Origin: the human T2T-CHM13v2.0 reference genome, Homo sapiens
NCBI RefSeq assembly: GCF_009914755.1
Contig: NC_060934.1
Reading direction: 5' to 3' (one strand)
DNA: 64,000 bases
Within the stretch, counting starts at the first letter, position 1. Each line of letters begins with the position of its first letter. Of the stretch, positions 56,274 to 64,000 are shown piece by piece. The notes beneath the pieces are model-generated. The model was not told the DNA's origin and made no database searches. It worked only from the letters and a program-made list of their open reading frames with translations. Both the position numbers and the translations under genes were made by a program.

Positions 56274-56573
56274 TTTTTTTTAAGAGATAGAGTCTCACTC
56301 TATCACCCAGGCTGGAGTGCCTGGTGTGATCATTATCTAACTGTAACCTTGAACATCTGGGCTCATGCAATCTTCCCACCTCAGCCTCCCAAGTAGCTAG
56401 GACTACAGGCTTGTGCCACATGACTGGCTAAATTTGTTTTATTTTTTAAAATTTTTTGTAGAGACAGGGTCTCGCTATGTTACCCAGGCTAGTCTCAAAC
56501 TCGCCTCAAGCAATCCTCCTGCCTTGGCCTCCCAAAGCCCTGGTATTACAGGCATAAGCCATCATGCCGGGCC
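56274..56573 (-). mobile_element. AluJ
   Basis: Full dimer. Confidence 0.88.
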
Positions 56574-56600
56574 AAAAAGATCTTTTAAAAACAATGACAG

Positions 56601-56898
<298 letters not shown>

Positions 56899-56948
56899 TC
56901 AAGGTCTATTAATTCTGGAAAATGTCTAAAAATACATTTTTAAAGTCA

Positions 56949-57254
<306 letters not shown>

Positions 57255-57359
57255 ATTTAAAGTCATTTAAAATGAAAAGAAAAATTAGCTTAAATTTCAG
57301 TATGACAATTAGAGAAAAGGGGTAAAGAAACCACCTAAATCAATACCCAAGTATGCTAA

Positions 57360-57646
<287 letters not shown>

Positions 57647-57782
57647 ATATGCTAAATATTATAAAGAGATTTTGGTTCTAAAATATCTTAACAAATATAC
57701 TGAGAAAGTTCTGAGAAACAAGCCAGGGTCAACCAAAACACAAATTCTATGATGAAACTTTTTTAAAACATTTAAAAAGTTT

Positions 57783-58098
<316 letters not shown>

Positions 58099-58141
58099 CA
58101 TTTAAAAAGTTTGAGAATGAGCTTTGAGATATTGAATAAGA

Positions 58142-58861
<720 letters not shown>

Positions 58862-59050
58862 TTAAGATTTCTAAGTAAACAGAATTGCCAGGAAATTCAA
58901 AGATATCTATCTATTACACAAGAACCTGAATGAACTCATCATATTATCATGAGTTATTATTTTCTAGGTCCAGAGACTCTTCCATTCAGGGATCATTTCA
59001 AATAGCTTTTCAAGGTTATCAATAGGTTTTAATACCATTTCTTTATTTAA

Positions 59051-59209
<159 letters not shown>

Positions 59210-59308
59210 TAAAAACTTAAATTCTCAATACTGCACATCTGATAAGCCTAAAGGTAAGTGACAGTGCTTACAGAAAACACAATGTTTGTTTTTAAGGATA
59301 TCTCTTAC

Positions 59309-59469
59309 CTTCTGGTGTTGGTTTGTCTTGAGGAAGATCTGGCATATTTTCATCCAAAAGGTCTGCTAAGGATTGAGAATTTGCCAGCAGCTTCTGGTAA
59401 GACATAGCAAATTCCTCATACTGTTTATGTCTATCTTCACTGAGCTCCCCTTTAGAATGTAGAATGCGC
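59309..59469 (-). CDS. UPF2: UPF2 coding exon A (161 nt, phase 2 to 1): RILHSKGELSEDRHKQYEEFAMSYQKLLANSQSLADLLDENMPDLPQDKPTPE, end of MIF4G-1
   Basis: Acceptor ttgtttatag|GCGC, donor GAAG|gtaaga; overlaps ORF 59292..59489. Confidence 0.97.
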
Positions 59470-59702
59470 CTATAAACAAATGAAATCATCTGACAGTCTT
59501 ATCAAAATAGATGTGATCACAAATTGTTATATATGGGAAACATTCCATAATTTGATTTTCTCATACAAATTTAGTAAAATCTTCATTTTTATTTAACATT
59601 TGAATCTAGTATTTTCAAAATGTATCTGAAATGTATAATGAAATTCACCTGAACATTTAAATTTTAACACTGGTTCCTCAAAGAATATGCAGCATGCTTG
59701 CT

Positions 59703-60084
59703 GAAATACAATATTTAACAATATACATCTAAATAATTTTAAATTATTCAGTATTTTATTACAGTCACACTCTTCTCAGATATAGAGTTAACCAAAACTA
59801 GCACAACTACACAAGCCAATTTTCAAAAGAAACAGGTTATACAAAGAATCAATTATTCTTAAACCTCCATGATTTGAATCAGAAATATCATATTTAACAA
59901 TATATCACAAAATAATCAAAAATTATTTGGTTTTTTATTACTGTCATACTCCCCTCAGACATACAGAACTAACCAAAAATATTTAACACAACTACACAAC
60001 TCAGTTTTCAAAACCAACAGATTTTGAATAGGTTCAAAAGAAACAGAATCAGTTATCCTTAAACTTCCATAATGATTTGAATCA
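59703..60084 (+). repeat. Diverged tandem duplication, two units of ~180 and ~200 bp
   Basis: Both units start gaaata..atatttaacaatata, share cacaactacacaa and end tgatttgaatca. Confidence 0.85.
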
Positions 60085-60577
60085 AGATTATCTTTTGAAA
60101 AAGCCCACAATCTTCCACACAGCCAATTCTCAATCTACTGTGCAAGTACTGGTTATTTATCCAGGTAACAAATACTGAGAAGTCCACTCACTCAGGCCAG
60201 CCCTTATCAAGGAACTAAGGACATAACCACTCTTCCACTTTGCAAGAATACACCAATAAGCCCCTAACTACAAATGCAAAACTACTGAAAACACCAAAAT
60301 GTATAGAGTAAAAGTCTTATTATATTCGTATAAATCACTGAGAATTATATAGCTGGATCCAATTTTTTACATACAAAATATCCATGTGGTACTATAATAT
60401 TTGAAATTTATAAACCATAATGCAAATACATTGTTTCAAAAAGTCAATTATAAATTATAAAAGTTATTTTTACAAGTAATACTTAGAAGTTTTTTATTTC
60501 TTGTTATTTGTGTTTTCTTACAAACAGTGAAGAAAACGAGGTTTTCTGTAATGCCATCTTCCATCTTCTAAAAGTTA

Positions 60578-61009
<432 letters not shown>

Positions 61010-61502
61010 ACTATAACAATTCAAGTAACAATATTTTCAATTTTCCGAATATTAGTTCCCATTACAAGTGCATCAGTGCATAGATTCATGAAATCCAGTT
61101 ATTTCCTCTTTTCAAATCTGGTCTATTAGGGTCTAAAATGAGAAATTTCATTTTCTTATTATTTAAATATATATTAGATATCATTCTACCAACACATTAG
61201 TAAAATGTTGAAATAGTTTAACCATAATAAGCCAGGCTAAAAAGTGCTTCTCTAAAAATATTGTCATTAGAGAGCATGTTTCCCCCTCTTCAAACATGTG
61301 TTTCAGACTACTGTTACAAACACAAACAAAATTTTTTCAGTAATTTTGTGAATGAATTTTAAAAATTAAAACAAAAACCCATAGCATTTTAACATATTCA
61401 TACCTATGAAAGACACAACATTAGCACTCTGAGCTTGTTAAAACTTTTAATCAGAAGTTCTAATAGAACTCATTTTGGAAGTGAAAAGTCATTTAAAAAA
61501 AA

Positions 61503-61670
<168 letters not shown>

Positions 61671-61698
61671 TAAGTAATGCTCAGAAGTAGGTTACTTA

Positions 61699-62369
<671 letters not shown>

Positions 62370-63027
62370 TTATTCCATGGCACTTTAGTCTGAAAAAAAA
62401 TTAAAGAACAAAAACCGAAGAGTTTATTCTGAAGCAAATTATATTAAAGGGATAATACTGGTTCTAAGAGATTTCAAAACCCCTAATGACAATTACTATG
62501 CAACATTATTTCATACTTGAAAAGAAATCGGAAAATATATCTCAGAATAACATAACCCAAAACTTTAATTCTCTTAACAAGTTCTGACATTTTGGTCATC
62601 CAAAGAACAAACATCCAGTCCATTGAGATACATAATAATCACACTAAGGATTTCTAACATATAAGCAGTAGCAAGGTGATGACTACCTTATGAAAACAAA
62701 AATGAACAGTCCTTTTCCTCACTTTCACGTGTGGATTTGCCTGTGACTTTGCGCCGAGTCCATTAAAAGTGATTTCATTCTATGATGGTTCCCTGAGTCT
62801 GCTTTCCAGTTCCTCTCCAGTACTGCTGGAACCAACTAAAACTTTAAAGCTTCACTGATACTCCTTACCCTCCCCTTAATTCCATGATCAAATGCATTAA
62901 CAGCACTAACTTACCTAACTAATGAGTGTGTACTTAAGTTACTATTCAGTGAGAATAGTCCTCAAGAAAAGTTTAGATTTGGGGTTTTGTTTGTTCGTTT
63001 TATAGCTCCATAAGCCTTTTACTCCCA

Positions 63028-63191
63028 TTTTTTTATTATTATTATACTTTAAGTTCTGGGATACATGTGCAAAACGTGCAGGTTTGTTACATAGGTATAC
63101 ACGTGCCATGGTGGTTTGCTGCACCCATCAACCTGTCATCTACGTTAGGTATTTCTCCTAATGTTATCCCTCCCCTGGCCCTCCAACCCCC
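63028..63191 (-). mobile_element. L1PA 3' terminal fragment
   Basis: ttattatactttaagttctgggatacatgtgca... L1 3'UTR terminus. Confidence 0.88.
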
Positions 63192-63450
63192 AGATTTTTT
63201 CTTTTGTTTTGTTTTGTTTTTAATGATGTCTTACACCGAGCACTTGGTTAGCAGGACAGAATGCCAATTAATACAGTATGACTTCTGTTATATATAAAAC
63301 TGACATATGTAGCCATATATCCTTTCTTTGACATCTAAGTAATACACATTTACTGAACTGACTAAATCCACAGCATGCAGTAAGACAATATACAGACAAA
63401 GCAGAGAAATAACTCATTATAGTGCCTGAACATTTAAAAACCTAAGGATC

Positions 63451-64000
<550 letters not shown>

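Overview
Primate (almost certainly human) genomic DNA lying entirely within the UPF2 (RENT2, nonsense-mediated decay factor) gene, which is transcribed on the minus strand. I located 11 consecutive internal coding exons, labelled A to K in transcript order: 59309-59469, 49812-50009, 46956-47105, 45186-45289, 42951-43036, 24346-24454, 12630-12743, 9299-9415, 4461-4646, 1610-1813 and 522-797 (1705 nt in total). All have GT-AG boundaries and splice into one open frame from RRILHSKGEL to DCFLVYFQ. This covers the end of MIF4G-1, the acidic linker, MIF4G-2 and most of MIF4G-3. From memory these are about RefSeq exons 4-14; that numbering is not verified. The introns are very repeat-rich: about 70 Alus (roughly 30% of the window), a 2.4 kb 5'-truncated L1PA, short L1PA 3' ends, old L1M/L2/MIR remnants, DNA transposons (MER20, Tigger4/MER46, MER2) and LTR fragments. 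Almost all other ORFs in the track are Alu or L1 translations. I found no new gene system. The most notable unexplained features are: (i) templated-insertion and fold-back repair scars inside an AluY at 57.8 kb and at the L1 5' junction; (ii) a 196-bp unique segment copied 3 kb away into an old L1; (iii) latent donors and candidate poison exons that would couple UPF2 splicing to NMD; (iv) a stop-free 699-nt circularisable exon block; and (v) a near-palindromic CTCF-like motif. Repeat boundaries are approximate and subfamily calls are made by eye.
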